Positions 25,932-39,859 are shown, numbered from the stretch's first letter. The stretch is DNA of 64,000 nt from Squalus acanthias (GCA_030390025.1 CM059448.1:29698001-29762000); one strand, 5' to 3'. Notes: generated from the sequence alone by a model not told the origin. Translations and numbers: made by a program.

Positions 25932-28900
25932 GAGTGGGTATTTGCTGTCGACAGTTTAAATTTTTTCTTACCATTGTTCAATCCAAAGCCCTTTTTGTTT
26001 TGGTTAGGAGGCCCAAACTAACATGGAAGTGCTCTGAGAGTTGTGAGCAATGTTTCACTTCCTCCGCACAGCTCCCAGCATTGTGGAGGTAAATGTGCAA
26101 AGTGCTAACTGTTCCAAATCCTTTTTCTTTCCCTTTTTCAGTGTTCCTCCCCGTTGTTGGGCCGGATGACACTCTATCCCCAGCTGCCAACCTGCCATTC
26201 TCCAGTTGATAGTGCCCTGCAGCCAGTCCCTGCTGATGTTGCTGTGTAACCATGAGCAGCCTGGGGAGCTGCCAGGAACCAGCACTTTTTTATCCTCACC
26301 ATTCAACTCCAAGCTGCAGTTTGCTTTGTGGGGGGTGCCTTTCAAGGAGTAAGTTGGGAATGCTTCTCCGATCTTCCGGGAAGTAATTTTCAGGAGAGTT
26401 GGCAATCCTGGAGCTGCTGGAATACAGGATACCGGCTTTCTGTGGCCCGAAGAAAATTCTGGGCATTAGTCCTGCTGTATGTACTTCATAGCCCAGAACT
26501 CTCAACATGAGTGAATCCATAACCAGAGAGAAATGGACTCTTGGCTCATTTAAACACACAGTAGGTTCATTTTAACGGCATCAAAATAAGTTGACATTTT
26601 GAATTCAAAAATGTAAGTTTCCTTCCAAATTAGTGATGTGAGTGAGATAAGTTTGCGTGGACCCAGAGTATTGGGAGGTGTTTGATTCATTCGAGATCTG
26701 GCTGGAACTTCTCCATCCTGAAGGAAATCTTCCAAACGTTCACATTTTTATTTTTATTTCAAAAGGAGTTCATGCTTGTGGAAAACGTGGGCTAAATGCT
26801 CCAGGTGGAGTTGGTTTCTTGTTTGTGCTATCAGCCCCCATTTCATGCTTGCGTACACTCTTTTTAAATGTCCTGTCTGGTCAGATTTTGGACTGTAAAG
26901 GTGGTAGCCCTATTCTGACGCCATTTGTATCACCATTTTAAACACCTTCATTTTTCCAGAGCCCCAAAGCTTTTTAATAGATCCCTCTTGTATTACACGT
27001 TATTCATTCCATTTAACTGTTATAAATGTTTTTCAGTTTCTTATGCCTCTATGCTCGCTCACTTCTGCCCCCAGGTACCACTGCTGAAGAGTGCGAGTGA
27101 TTCCCCGTAGTCTCCTGCCTCTGGGGTGAAGTCACTGTTGATTATTGAAGGCGATGTAGAAGCGACCCTTGTACAAAATTAAAGATTCTATGGCAATGTT
27201 GTTTACCTATCGTCCTCAGCAGGATGAAGATGTCACAATAACCCAGACGGCAGAGAGCCTCCAATTGGGGATTAACCCGCTGAGCTGGCTAACTTAATGA
27301 AAGGGCTGACATTCCACGGTCTGATTTCAATACTCAGTGGAACCAACACTTGGTGTGCAATAAACAGCACTCCTACTCCTTCAGGACAAGAAATGCACAG
27401 AGGAAGCTGCAAACAGCACACGTTATACCAAAGAGTGGGATAAATGGGAAAGGAGCAATGGGCTTGTGCCATATACAGACCAAATTCTTAGTTTATGCAG
27501 AGTTTTAGTGAGGATCGTGTGTAAATGATGAATCCCTTGTCCAGTGCTGACTCTTGCAGCACATTTGGACTCTCTGCTTCAAGATTTCCTCGACTTCCAA
27601 AACCACAAGGCATCCTCTATAGCATGAAGACTGGAATAAGGTGCAACCTGTATGTTCAGTTTATCAGTGATTCTTGTCGTTGCGGACAGCAGCTGTTTTG
27701 CTGGCTCTCTTTGTATGTATATATGCTACTTGCAGTTTAATAAAAGTTGTTTTTTTTATTGCTTTGTTTGGCAGTTTCACCCTCTGTGGCTGTGTAACAC
27801 CAGCGAAGATGAACAACAAGACTATGGATTTGTCAGTATGGTCAAACTGGAGAGTCCTGACCGAGACCCACATCCCTGTCTCTCCCTCTTCAACAAGGTA
27901 GGCGATCTGAGCACAAACACAAACACATTTTAATTTGGTCACTTAAAGGTGATATTTAACAAGTGAGACATAAGTTTGATTTTTTTTTTACATTAAAGCT
28001 GGCCAAAGTCTCATAGGGCTTTAATGTTTAGGGTTAAGAGTCCAAAGCTCTTGATACATCTGTGAATTTCAAGAAATGTAAATATTTCCAAGTTTCTGGT
28101 CTGAAGGAGCTGGCAGGCTCGGTACAATTTCACAAGGCCAGCAGTCCTCCAGTTCGCCCTGACTCGGACTAGGTACCGTTTCACAGGGCCTGAAGCCTTT
28201 CAGTCCCTTGTCTTGACTCAGACTGCGGTAGGGTTCCATGAGGCCAGCCGTCCCTTGCCCAACCGGCCGTTCATGTATGAGCCTTAGCGGTCTGTATTGG
28301 CCAGATATTCGACCTGAGGGGTGTTGCAACTAAGCCTAATTATTTGATGTCAGGCCCTGAGTTGGGAATCAGACACTGGGCCTTTCTGACACTTGTTGCT
28401 GAGCGTTTGAAAATTCTAAAGTGGTGGGAGTGAGGGCAGCACCAGGGGAGGGGATAGTTGACGGCACAAAGCCTTTGATTGCATACTAACAGACTGACAG
28501 CATTTTGTAAAGTGGCCATGCCCCTAAAACCAGCACTGCCGGTTTCTGTAATCACTGCCCATTTTTCTTGATTCCTCTATTTTGCCTGAACTGTTCTCTA
28601 CCTCTCCCACTACTGAATTTATACAAGTAAGTACATGTAATCCACTAGTGGTACACCCGACCTGGGTAATTTTGCATTCTCCTTCACCCCTCACCCAGAT
28701 GCCAGTTTTCTAGATCTAGAGTCCCATGTTTCTGCCCCATTCTCATCTATCGATGTTTAATGAAACACAGCAGCATTTGAGGGAATGGAAGCTTGCAACT
28801 CCTCCAAAAACAGGCACTGAAGGCTTGGCCTTTGCTGGGTAATGAGGACACACCACATGGCTCCCTTTCGACTTGTCTTCTCATCACAGTGCTTAGTAAC

Positions 28901-29345
28901 CTCAAGGCTCTGACCAACAGAGCGTTCACTTTTCTTTTGATATATTTGTTCTTCATTTATATTTTTTGTTGCTGTATTCTTTTGTCAAAACACGCTGTCA
29001 TATATTAAAAGTGTACATTATGCAAGGTACACAATGCAGAGGAATAGCGAATGAATCTTCCAGAGTGGCTTACAGGCAACTCTGGGGGCTGAGTCTGGCC
29101 CTGGCCAATAGCAGCAATGTTGGAGTGTACAACACGTGCCCACTAAGTTGGTGTCCTGGTGGGTTTTGGCTTTGCCACCACAGCTTTGTGTATTGCTTTG
29201 TTCAGGTGAAGTGTAAGAGGTACAGTATGTGCCGAATGTTACGGCCGACTGCCCAGCCACACACAGCTGGTAAGGAAGATCAGCATAGTAAATTTGGAGA
29301 ATTTCTACTGATTCAGTCTGAGTAAGTACATGATTTTCCTCTCGA

Positions 29346-29424
29346 CCATTGCCATTAACCTTCACTGTACCGACCCCAAGAATGGCCATCGCCATTAACC
29401 TTCAGTGTGCTGACCCCAAGAATG
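29346..29424 (+). repeat. 40-bp tandem duplication
   Basis: gccattaaccttca..gaccccaagaatg starting at 29351 and 29391. Confidence 0.85.
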
Positions 29425-29574
29425 ACAGTCACCATGGCGTGAGTGAAGTTGCAGACCAAGAGATGGGTCTTCAGACTTGTGAAAGTGAAGCTGAAGTAGA
29501 AGAGTTTAAAAGAAGAGTTACAGAGTGAAAGATGTGATGGTTGAAAGGCTCTGTCATTAATAGAGGAATATGTG

Positions 29575-30320
29575 GTGAGAGATTGGGAAATGTTGGTGTT
29601 CAGAGGGACCTGGTATCCTTGTACACGAATCACTGAAAGTTAACATGCAGGTACAGCAAGCAATTAAGAAAGCAAATGGTATGTTGGCCTTTATTACAAG
29701 AGCATTTGAGTATAAGAGTAAAGACGCCTTACTACAACTATATAGGGCCCTGGTGAGACCACACCTGGAGTATTGTGTACAGTTTTGGTCTCCTTACCTA
29801 AGGAAGGATATACTTGCCATAGAGGGAGTGCAACGAAGGTTCACCAGACTTGGATGGGGGGGGGATTGCCCTATGAGGAGAAATTGAGTAGACTAGGCCT
29901 ATATTCTCTAGAGTTTAGAAGAATGAGAGGTGATCTCATTGAAACATACAAAATTCTTACAGGGCTTGACAGGGTAGCTGCAGGGAGGATGTTTCCCCTG
30001 GCTGGAGAGTCTAGAACTAGGGGGTCACAGTCTCAGAATAAGGGGTCGGCCATTTAGGACTGAGCTGAGGAGAAATTTCTTCACTCAAAGGGTGGTGAAT
30101 CTTTGGAATTCTCTACTCCAGAGGGCTGTGGAGGCTCAGTCGTTGAGTATATTCAAGACAGAGATCGATAGATTTTTGAATATTAAGGGAATCAAGGGAT
30201 ATGGGGATATTGCAAGAAAGTGGAGATGAGGTAGAAGATCAGCCATGATCTTATTGAATGGCAGAGCAGGCTCGAAGGGCCAAATGGCCTACTCCTGCTC
30301 CTATTTCTTATGATCTTATG
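29575..30320 (+). mobile_element. CR1/HER1-type LINE 3' fragment
   Basis: MQVQQAIKKANGMLAFI..LYRALVRPHLEYCVQFWSP..RMRGDLIETYKILTGLDRV; tail ggcctactcctgctcctatttcttatg. Possible TSD tatgtgg at 29568 and 30317. Confidence 0.92.
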
Positions 30321-30689
30321 TGGGGGTGGTGGTTGCACATGACATGGAGTAGTCTGGAGTCTGAACAGCACAACGTGCAAGCTAGGACATAGGGTGGAAA
30401 AAGGTTCTGAGGTAGTGTGAGGCAGGCCACGGCGGGATCAACAATTTGAATTCAGTTCACGGGCAGGAGTGAGACGGGGAGCCAATTGCAGTGGGCGAGG
30501 AAAGGGCTGATAGTTGTATCGATATAATCCAACAAATTCTGAATGAGTTCAGAGTGGAGCTCAGAGTGCCGTCAAGGAGGATGAAGAAGAAATGGAGCCT
30601 CGAGTTGCTGGTGGTATGGACAAGCACCATTTGAGGTAAAAATGCAAGTCGGCAGTATCATGAAGGATAAGTAGGTTTACTTACACTTG

Positions 30690-30930
30690 GTGTGGGGTTT
30701 GAAGCTTAGGGTTGAACACAGGATGGCTTCTGTTTTGCTAATGTTGAGCTGGAAGATGTTCTTGCTGCTCCAGGAAGGGGAGACAGACAGGAAGTCCGAT
30801 GGAATGGTGCCACTTGTGCAATCGAGGGTAGTGGGAATATAAAGTTGAGTGTCAGGCACATACACGCGGAAGCTGATGTCATGTTTAAAGATTGTCCTAA
30901 AATATAGCTGAGGGGCATTGCGTGCTCCTG
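30690..30930 (-). mobile_element. L2 LINE reverse-transcriptase fragment
   Basis: HDISFRVYVPDTQLYI (degenerate YADDTQLY) ... FQLNISKTEAIL on the minus strand. Confidence 0.75.
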
Positions 30931-31419
30931 GGTCAGTGGTGAGGTGAGGCTTTCTCACTAATGGGAGTGATGATTAAGTTTCTTTTTCATAAAGCCGACT
31001 GGCTCTCCGGTTAGACACAGCACTGAGGATCGGCAAGAGTATAGATGATGATTGGCAAATGATCTGTAGAACATGGTTTCTACATTGCTCGGATCAGAGA
31101 GGTGCCATGCCGAGGAAGGCTAGGCTGTGCAGTTTTAGATATTCATTATTTTGCTAGATTTATCTGACGGACAATGGGGAAAACCTTCTTATTTCGGGAG
31201 TTGAAATAGAGCTCAATTATACATGGTCTGTGGGAGGGGCAGTCCCACGGCTTTCATAGAGTCCAAATGTACCAAGTCTGGGAGGAGCTGGGATGATGGG
31301 CGCAATGGTCGTCTTCCATTTTTGTCGTCTTAATAGCTATATCCCAACGAAGCAAGATTGAGTGGTTGGTGGAGGAGTGTGTCAGAGGATCTGGAATTGG
31401 GGAAGGATAAGACTTAAAG

Positions 31420-31580
31420 AACAGAATATCTGCAAGTCTACAGCAGGTTGCTGAGTATCTGGCCGAGATTTGGTTGGGATCCCATATCTCTCTCTTTCAG
31501 ATGCTGACTGAGCTGTTGTACATTTCCAGTATTTTTTGTTTTTATTTTAGGTTTCCAGTGTTTGTAGCTTTTATCTTTTT
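31420..31580. mobile_element. Old PLE family-2-like fold-back remnant
   Basis: acagaatatctgcaagtctacagcaggttgctgagtatctg ... cagatgctgactgagctgttgtacatttccagtattttttgtttttatt; degenerate version of the 63825-63989 layout. Confidence 0.45.
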
Positions 31581-34409
31581 CACCGTGAAGTCAGATTATA
31601 TATGAGGTGTTTTTTTGCCCAGGCCAAAACTGGATGGGGATGGAACGTTTCCAAAAGGACAAGTGACCCACTTGTACACACTTGCAAGGACCTTAAAAGG
31701 CAGCCATCGAACTTGGACTTTTACTGTCCAGTTCGCAGTTATCAAAATTACAAGGCGGTCCACTCGAAATCAGACTGGTGACTGGGCCAACAGACACCTG
31801 CAGTCTTCCTGCCGGTGCACACTACTGATATGTCAGTGCCCAACATTCCATGCAGCAGGGGGATCCCAGTGGGCTGTTCCAGCACAAATTCCTGCCCCGT
31901 GTTTCAGAGGCAAGTGTTTGAATCCTGCCTGACCCAAACCATTAATTGTTTGTCTGGGAGAACGTGGCTCCTAATTTCACTTCCAGCGCCAAGGGAAATA
32001 ATTATGGGGTGTTGGAAATTTAGGAGAGGAAGGAGCCAATGGGACAATAGAAGATTGCTAGTGTTCAGTTGTAAACTTTGGTCACACAGGCAACCAAAAT
32101 AGCATGTATAGCTGATAGTTGAAGGTTTGTCTGTAGTTAGGTCACTTGCCTTGATCAGTACTGACTATTTGGCACAGTAAATCAGAGAGGTATGAAATGT
32201 CAAAAATTCAAACCTAGCATTTACTTTAGTTGAGTTGTGACAGAATAATTGTTTCTTGGTTGATACTTTCATACCCGAGAACCTTTTATAAGAGCCAAGT
32301 GCTTCCAGGCAAAGCAATTAACTGCCAAGTTCTACTAGGACAGTCTGGTGCCATAAGCACTGGGAACACCTGCCTCCCACGCACAGCACTGAGAGTTTGT
32401 GCCAGGATTATCTCACCGGGATCCTCCTGCTTGGAAGCTGTCCGCTTAGGGAACAATGGAGCACAATAATTGCTGCTCTTCCAGTTACCTTCCAGCTTTA
32501 ATTGAATTTACCCAAACTCTGCGAAGAATGAGCCCCAGCGATCTGATCCTTTAAAGGTGTTTTCCTCTTTATATTCAGACTGTGCCAGTGAGAGTCGCGG
32601 ATGCCTGCTACAGACAGGGCCTTATTGAGATAGGGGAGGCAAACTCAAGGGTCCTTCCTTTTGCACCTTCCATGTGCCCAATTAGAACTGGGAGAGCGTC
32701 GCTCAGATCGCAACTCTGCTGGAGCATCACTCTCCAACATCAACATGCAGGTGTCTTAAGGCTTTGTGCATCTGATGAGGTCTTCCCTAACATGTTTAAC
32801 CACAGCATGTTTGTTTTGGGCTACGTGCAGTGGTTATTTGAGGGTGATATGAACAGCAGTGGTTCCTAACTCATCTCTATTCAGCACAAGTTCTGAGACG
32901 AGTAGACAGGTGGTGTTTCCTATGTTAGGAAGTGTTAAAGTGTTTTGATTTATTTCCTTTGTCCTATTCTGTTCTGTTTTTCCTGAAGTGAGTTTTATGG
33001 AATCTCCAGGGATGAACTAGCGTCAGTCGATTTTGTGTTATGCTTCATTGACTGGAAGTTCTCAAAACGTAGCATCAATGCCTCCTTATACCTGCTCTCT
33101 CCTCTAACCCTTACCCACCCTGACCCTTCTCCACCAATTCCATCCAGCCCCCTCCTCTTCCATCTCTAACCCTGCCCCACCTCCTCTTCCAGCCCCATCT
33201 CCTTCAGTTCTGCTCCAGCTCCTTTCTTGCTCTTCCTCCATCACAATTTCTTCTCCAGCTCTTCTTTCTTCCCGTTCTCTCCATAGCTATTCACTTGGGT
33301 AAGGGGTTTGAGTGACCCCTCCTGGGTAAGGTGTTCACTAGGGATCCACAATTGAGTAGTATATTTTCAGTTAGGTTGCAATGTTCAACGCCACGTCGGA
33401 GTTGAACAGAATTTTTGGAACGGCTGATGTGTTGCACCTCAATTGAACTGATGAGACATCATGGAGTGTTTCTGCCAAACTCCACCTGACGCAACCTTGC
33501 AGAACTGCTGCTCCTGGAGGGGGTTTCCAATATGATTCACGTCGGATTAACAGCGATATAAGATTTGCAGACTTTGTCTTAGGGACATCGTACAGGACTA
33601 GATTCCGTTAACTGCAGAAGCCAAACAGCGGCTTGTTTAGGCACTGAATCAGTACAATGTAATCTCTGCCTCAAGTTCTCCTCATTATTTAGTGGGCTCC
33701 TTCAAATCCAGTAGATCTCAAACTGGGGTGGGACAGGAGGCTTGTCCAGCTGGGATGGGGGAGGCGGGGGGGGGGACTCCAATTCTGTGCAACTGGGGGA
33801 AAGCTATTTTTAAGGCCGTTTTCTAGTTCTGAATAATGTAGAGTGTGTTTTGGCTGTGTTTGTGTGGAGACATTGAGGAGCACAGTTTGCAGATGCGGTT
33901 GAACGAGTTGTGCAGGCACTCCATCTCCAACATCACTCAACAAAGGAGGAGCAAGACAATAATAATAGAGGAGGAGGTGGGGTTGGTGATGGGATGTACC
34001 TGTTTGGGCTGTAGCAGGCAGGAGTGAACTGGGTGGAAGGAAGCAGAGGCAATATGTTCATGGGAGCAGGAAAGTTGTGCTTTTATTCTGATTTTTTTTT
34101 CCCCCTCCCTCCCCCATTCCTTGTAATGTGACTTGGGTCATTAAAGGTCAGGTATAAATGAAGGTTGTTGTTGGGGAAGCTACAATGTTGTTAAAACATA
34201 CTGTGCATAACCAGGTACGGCGGTTCTTGCTTTTTATCTCCCTTTTCAGAACGATGGTGATACCAACTTATTGTCAGGTAAAAGCTTTTCCTTTTAGTGT
34301 CTCTTTAAAAAGTTACTTCAAAATTCATCTGCTAATTAGGGGCTGAAAAGAAAAAATCAAAGCGCAGAAAAGAAAGAAAAGTTGGGGGTGTTGATGGGAA
34401 CTTTATGAA

Positions 34410-34872
34410 TCTGTGGGGGTGTCGGGGGGCACTTCCTGTGTCTCTGGGGGATGTTGGTGACCACTTCCTGTGTCTGAGGGGGATGTTGGTGACCACTTCC
34501 TGTGTCTGGGGCTGTCTGTGAGCACTTCCTGTGTCTGTGGGGGTGTAGGGGGGCACTTCCTGTGTCTGTGGGGGTGTAGGGGGGCACTTCCTGTATCTGT
34601 GGGGGTGTCGGGGACTTCCTGTGTCGGTGGAGGTGTCGGGGGGCACTTACTGTGTCTGTGGGGGTGTCGGTGAGCACTTCCTGTGTCTGTGGGGGTGTCG
34701 GTGAGCACTTCCTGTGTCTGTGGAGGTGTCGGTGAGCACTTCCTGTGTCTGTGGGGGTGTCGGTGAGCACTTCCTGTGTCTGTGAGGGTGTCGGTGAGCA
34801 CTTCCTGTGTCTGTGGGGGTGTCGGTGAGCACTTCCTGTGTCGGTGGGGGTGTCGGTGGAACTTCCTGTGTT
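34410..34872 (+). repeat. 31-bp minisatellite, about 15 copies
   Basis: Unit gagcacttcctgtgtctgtgggggtgtcggt, with variant blocks. Confidence 0.95.
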
Positions 34873-35311
34873 GGTGGGCACCATGAAAATCTCGAGGTGG
34901 ACACTTGATGCATCACCTTCCCCCAACCGCCATATTGAGCCTTTTACTGTTGCATGGAATTTCTTGTTCATTTTTACCCATTTCGCACTAAAGCAAAAAT
35001 ATTCAAATGCATTCGAACAGGTTGACATATTCGATGCTGATAACATTAACCATAAATGAGGAAGGCATCATTTTTGGGATGTGAATGGCCATGAGAATAT
35101 TGTGATGGGGTAATCGGGAGCCACTGTTCTAATCTCACTTTCTTTCCTTTTTGGTGACCGTTCATGACCAGCACTGTGAGCGAGGTGTCTAATAACTGGT
35201 GCTGTGCTGCTCTCCCCTATAAATCCAACTCTTGGCTCCAGTTGCTGCAATAAAAGGTACTGGACATTTCTTCCAGTGCCGACCGACAGCCCCGGAGGCT
35301 GCAGCCATTCG

Positions 35312-35618
35312 CCTCCCTCCCCCCCCCCCCCTCATCCCCCCCCTCCTCCCCTCATCCCCCCCCTCCTCCCCTCATCCCCCCCCCCCCCCCTCCTCCCCTC
35401 ATCCCCCCCCCCTCCTCCCCTCATCCCCCCCCCATCTCCCCTCATCCCCCCTCCCCTTCCCTCCCCTCATCCCCCCCTCCCCTTCCCTCCCCTCATCCCC
35501 CCTCCCCTTCCCTCCCCTCATCCCCCCTCCCCTTCCCTCCCCTCATCCCCCCTCCCCTTCCCTCCCCTCCCCTTCCCTCCCCTTCCCTCCCCTCCCCTCA
35601 TCCCCCCTCCCCTTCCCT
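35312..35618 (+). repeat. C-rich polypyrimidine low-complexity tract
   Basis: Built from cccctcat, cctcc and cccttccct units; no G on the + strand. Confidence 0.95.
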
Positions 35619-37199
35619 AAAGACTGCAAAAATCCGAGTGCTGTTCTTTTGTTGCTGTTTTGTAAAGGGGTGCCTGCTGCCCGAGGAGTTTGCTAATCTA
35701 AACGCTGCAGCCTCCCAGCATTCCGATATGGAATTACACTCAGATGGATTCAGCAGCAAATGCCTACTTGCTCAGTTGCTGTAACGTTCTGTCTGCCTGG
35801 CTCTGGCCACTGGTCTTCCCCGGTGTAACGGTTCACCTTTTGCTTTTGCCCCAGCTTTCGCTCCAGAAACAGGGGAATCCCACCTACCCTCTGCCGTGGT
35901 GCTGCGGGCCTCCAGAGGATTGTGGGCCCGCTTCCTTTATACCCTGGCCCTGCCTCTGAAGTCAGATCTAGCTCGCTAATGTAACCAGGGTATAAAAACG
36001 GTGAACGGCAGGCCGCCTCTCGCCAGAACTGGTTTGTCCTTCAGGTGTTCACGCCAGGAGATCAGTCATCAGACGGTTAATTTTTCTGTGAGCCACTTTA
36101 GTTTCTTGTGGTTTTCTAACGCGGTGTCCGGCAGCTGCAAGGTCTCTGCATGCACAGCAACGTGCGGGCAGAATAAATCATAGTCTTTTACACCCCCACC
36201 CCCGGATACTCCACTCTTCCACCCCCACCCCACCCCACCACCCCCAGGTCCATGCAGTGAAGTTTCCTCAGGAATTCCAGGTCATTACATTGCAATCTAT
36301 TCTCCTAAAACAGATGCCTTGGGGGGAAGATTTCTAAATAGAGAATTCCAGAGAGTGTTTACAGCAGGCACATCTTGCCATCTTCCACCTTCAGAAGGGT
36401 CCATGGTCCATTAGATTAACTAGCACAAGAAGGCAGCAGGTCGCTCCAGCGACTATCTAAACAGTGCCAGAGAAGCCTGCGGAGCGAGCAAGTGAGCGGG
36501 AAAGCAGTGACTGATGTGCTGCCAAGGAAAACAGTCCCTGTGTTTACTAGGCAGGTCACGTAGGGGTACAGGAAGGCCATAGGTCTCCATTTAAAGAAGC
36601 TTGAAAACTCAGCAGCTGTCACAGAACCCCCCCCCAGGCCTGGCGCTGGCCGTGAAGCACAGCTCTCTGACTGCAAATGTGTCACAGTGGTGAAGATTAA
36701 AGAAACTTCAGCAGGCCCCACCCAGACTCGGGGCCATACAATAGCCTAATTACACAGAATTTCTCACATAGTTCAGGAAGAGGCAGCAACAGCTGCATCT
36801 GAGTGCTTTTAGGAGCCGAACGGGACGTGTTCTAAGCTGTGTGAGATTTGTTATTTGTGAGGAAAGCATTTCAGCTTTCAGCACGGTGCATACCTCTCCA
36901 TGTCAGCCCAGCCCAGCGCAGCTCGGCAGCCAGCAAGTGAAAGTTAAAGCTGACAGTGAGCGTTGCGTGGAGGAGCTTTTGTGGGTTCTACCTCCTTGTC
37001 GTTTGCAGCCAGCTTTGCTTTGTCTCCATGGCAGCACTGTCCCATGTAGGTGCACTGCAGTGACTGGCAGGACCTTGTTTCGTGCCCTTTTCTGTTGCCT
37101 GGATACACGTGACTGACCTCAGCAAATGCAGCCCCAGCACGATGTTGGCTCGTGATTCAAACTCCCCTTAAACGGAATCGAGCGAGGTTTTAGATTTTT

Positions 37200-37390
37200 T
37201 TTTAAATTGAGCTTTCGCCTTCTCTCCCTCCTATGGGTGCCAACTCGTGCTGGGGGCTATGGATCCACGGGCACGACCAGATCTCCGACACCATAGCCAA
37301 GTTCGTTTGTCATGTGTGAACCCAGTGTTGTGCGATATTCAACAATAGAAAGAATCACAACAGTCCTGACTTCACCTGACATCCACCCCA
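37200..37390 (-). mobile_element. Family B SINE-like copy split by a Deu-SINE (head continues ~37755-37890)
   Basis: ttctctccctcctatgggtgccaactcgtgctggg..catgtgtgaacccag; later ggaacccaacatgggaccttctggtctctatgg. Confidence 0.45.
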
Positions 37391-37404
37391 CCCCCTTTTA
37401 AAAG

Positions 37405-37752
37405 AAATAAAAACTTGCATTTATATAGCGCCTTTTACGACCTCAGGACACCCCAAAGCGCTTTACAGCCAACTAAGCACTTTTGAAGTGAAGTGACTGT
37501 TGTAATGTAGAAAACGCTGCAGTCAAAAATGCACCCAACAAGCTCCCACAAACAGCAATGTGATGATGCCCAGATCATCTGTTTTAGGTGTTATTTAAAG
37601 GATAGATATTAGCCAGGATAACTCCCCTGCTCTTCTCCGCATTGTACCATGGGATCTGTTACGTCTATCTGAGAGGGCAGACGGGGCCTCGGTTTAACTC
37701 CCATCTGAAAGACGGCACCTCCGACAGTGCAGCACTCCCTCAAAACTGCACT
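37405..37752 (-). mobile_element. Deu-domain SINE (SacSINE1-like)
   Basis: L2-type tail plus gggcagacggggcctcggtttaac..ctgaaagacggcacctccgacagtgcagcactccctca. Confidence 0.8.
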
Positions 37753-38029
37753 ACTAGGTAGGAAACCGAGCTGATTTTTTTTTTTCACTGAGCACCTCAT
37801 CTACTCCCCCAGCTGTGCTCAGACAATTTAGCACAAATTAGGAACCCAACATGGGACCTTCTGGTCTCTATGGTTACATACCACACCTGTACCTGAGAGT
37901 TCCTATACTCCCAAGACTATCAGGAGAGCTACCTCATTTTATTTCCATTTCCATTTCCATTTCCCTCCCCTGCCCACATTTGTGTGTATATGTGTGTCTC
38001 TCTCTCTCTCTCTCTCTCCCGCTCTCACT

Positions 38030-38090
38030 GTCTGAAGCGCCTTTGAACATTTTACTACGTTAAAGGCGCTAAATAAATGCAAGTTATTGT
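38030..38090 (+). mobile_element. L2-type 3' tail fragment after a (CT)n run
   Basis: tgaagcgcctttgaacattttactacgttaaaggcgctaaataaatgcaagttattgt. Confidence 0.6.
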
Positions 38091-38106
38091 CTCTCACACA
38101 CACATT

Positions 38107-38775
38107 GGCCCAGATATTCCGATCCCTACGGGTGGTTACGCGCTGTGTACCCACCCGTAGGGACATCGGAAATGCCGGTTTCAGGCATGCACAGCGCATG
38201 CGCTGGAAACCGGCATTTCTGATCTGTCAAGAATAGTTCCGCTTTTTGGAGACCCTCTGCCCACAGAAAACCCTTACAATTCTTATGCCTGGTAAAAGCA
38301 GGCGTAAGGCCTGCTTTTACCAGGATGAGTTGAAAAAACGTTTTTTTTTTAAAATACTTTTTAAACTAAAAAGGCAAGTTTATTTTTAGCCCCATAAAAA
38401 ACTTTAATTATTTTTTTCAAAAAATTAAATTTTTGTTTAAAATATTTAATTTATTGTAATTTCAAGTCATTTAAAAAATGTATTTAAAGTTTTACTATGT
38501 TTTTGGGGTGATCTCCATTCATATATTTGACAGGTCTTCCTGTCAAGTGTATGAAGGGAGATTCCCTTCTTTGATTGGCTCCCCATGGCCCACGTGATCC
38601 CAGGGACGCTGCGAACTACCTGCGCCTCTGGGATACCTGGGCCCTGCGCACTTGGAGTTCGAGAGGCCCAGGAGCGGAAGTGTGTGCATCCCGGGAGCCC
38701 TCAGGTAAGGGCGTAGATTTTTTCCAGATTGGAGGCTTCCGCACGCGGGAGGCCTCCGATCGGAAAATATGGCCC
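38107..38775. mobile_element. PIF/Harbinger-like MITE, 669 bp, 3-bp TSD ATT
   Basis: TIRs ggcccagatattccgatc / gatcggaaaatatggccc (15/18 match); ATT at 38104-06 and 38776-78; GC-rich subterminal hairpins around an AT-rich core. Confidence 0.75.
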
Positions 38776-39859
38776 ATTAACTCACCTATTCTCTTTCGCG
38801 TGAGCTCTCCTCTTGAGGGTGATCCTCTTCAATTTGAAGTATACTTTTTATTTTATCACTTGCCCTCAAAGTTCTCTTCTTTCCAACCCTCCTTCCCTGC
38901 ACACCCAGCAATGAGACATTAGATTCTCCTTGGAGGAGGTTACTTGGCTCAGGTGGAGCAAGATGCCAGGGAGAAGACCATTGCGCTTCCTAATGATTTA
39001 AACAGTAAGGTGATTACAAGTGCAGAATGCATGTCAGTGGGTGATACAGTCACCAGGGAGACAGAAGGAGCCAATTTTATTTGTATTTGGTGGTGGGGCA
39101 GTAGAGGCAGATAAATTGAACCACTTTGGATAAAAACCTCTACAGATTGGAGCTGATTTAGAGTAGGGTTTACGAAGACTTCAAATTGTCAAATTTGCCC
39201 ACTGGATCGACCGGTGGGAGGACTGTAGCGGGCAGTTTGTGGTACCTGGGAAGCTTCCAGCTGGAAACTGTGTCCTTCTTGCGCTGCATGTACTGTTAGC
39301 ACATTGAGTGCCAGAGGAAGGGGAGATGCATGGTGAATTCACAGGAGCAGTACGCAAGTGGTGATTTCTGGTCTCTCAAAACCAGCAGAGCATAGTCTGA
39401 TAGTGTGTAGGCCAGTGTCCTTCCTTGAAGTTGACTATTGGCCACGGGAGGGAGAAAGGAAGATGGGCCCGTGAGATGGCCTCACGCCTTGGCTAGAAGG
39501 GGAGTGTGGAAGAATGTTAAAAGGTCTCTAGATATGGATATTATGTTATTAGCAGAAGCCTGCATTGTGGCATAGGTCGGTATCATCACTGGTATTAAGG
39601 GAGATACTTTTATGTCTAAGTAGCAGATGGACAAGGAGTGAATCAGTGCTACTGGTTTCTATTCCTGTAATAATTTGTCTCTGTTGAAAAGTGTAAACAC
39701 CTTAAATTGTCAGGTTGTGACAGAGTTCTTGTCAGAATGTTTCATTAAATACTGAGAACTACATTGCATTACTTGCACGTAAAGTTGTGAGTAAATCTAC
39801 ACCCAGCTCCCCTCGCTCCAGCCTATTTTAAAGGAGAAGGAATTGAGCAAAGGCACTGC

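Noticed and set aside
34357-35046. Longest ORF (229 aa) and other repetitive ORFs at 25453-26092, 35204-35696, 50700-53856 and 63223-63625
   Set aside because: Translations of minisatellites or low-complexity tracts, open in several frames and on both strands.
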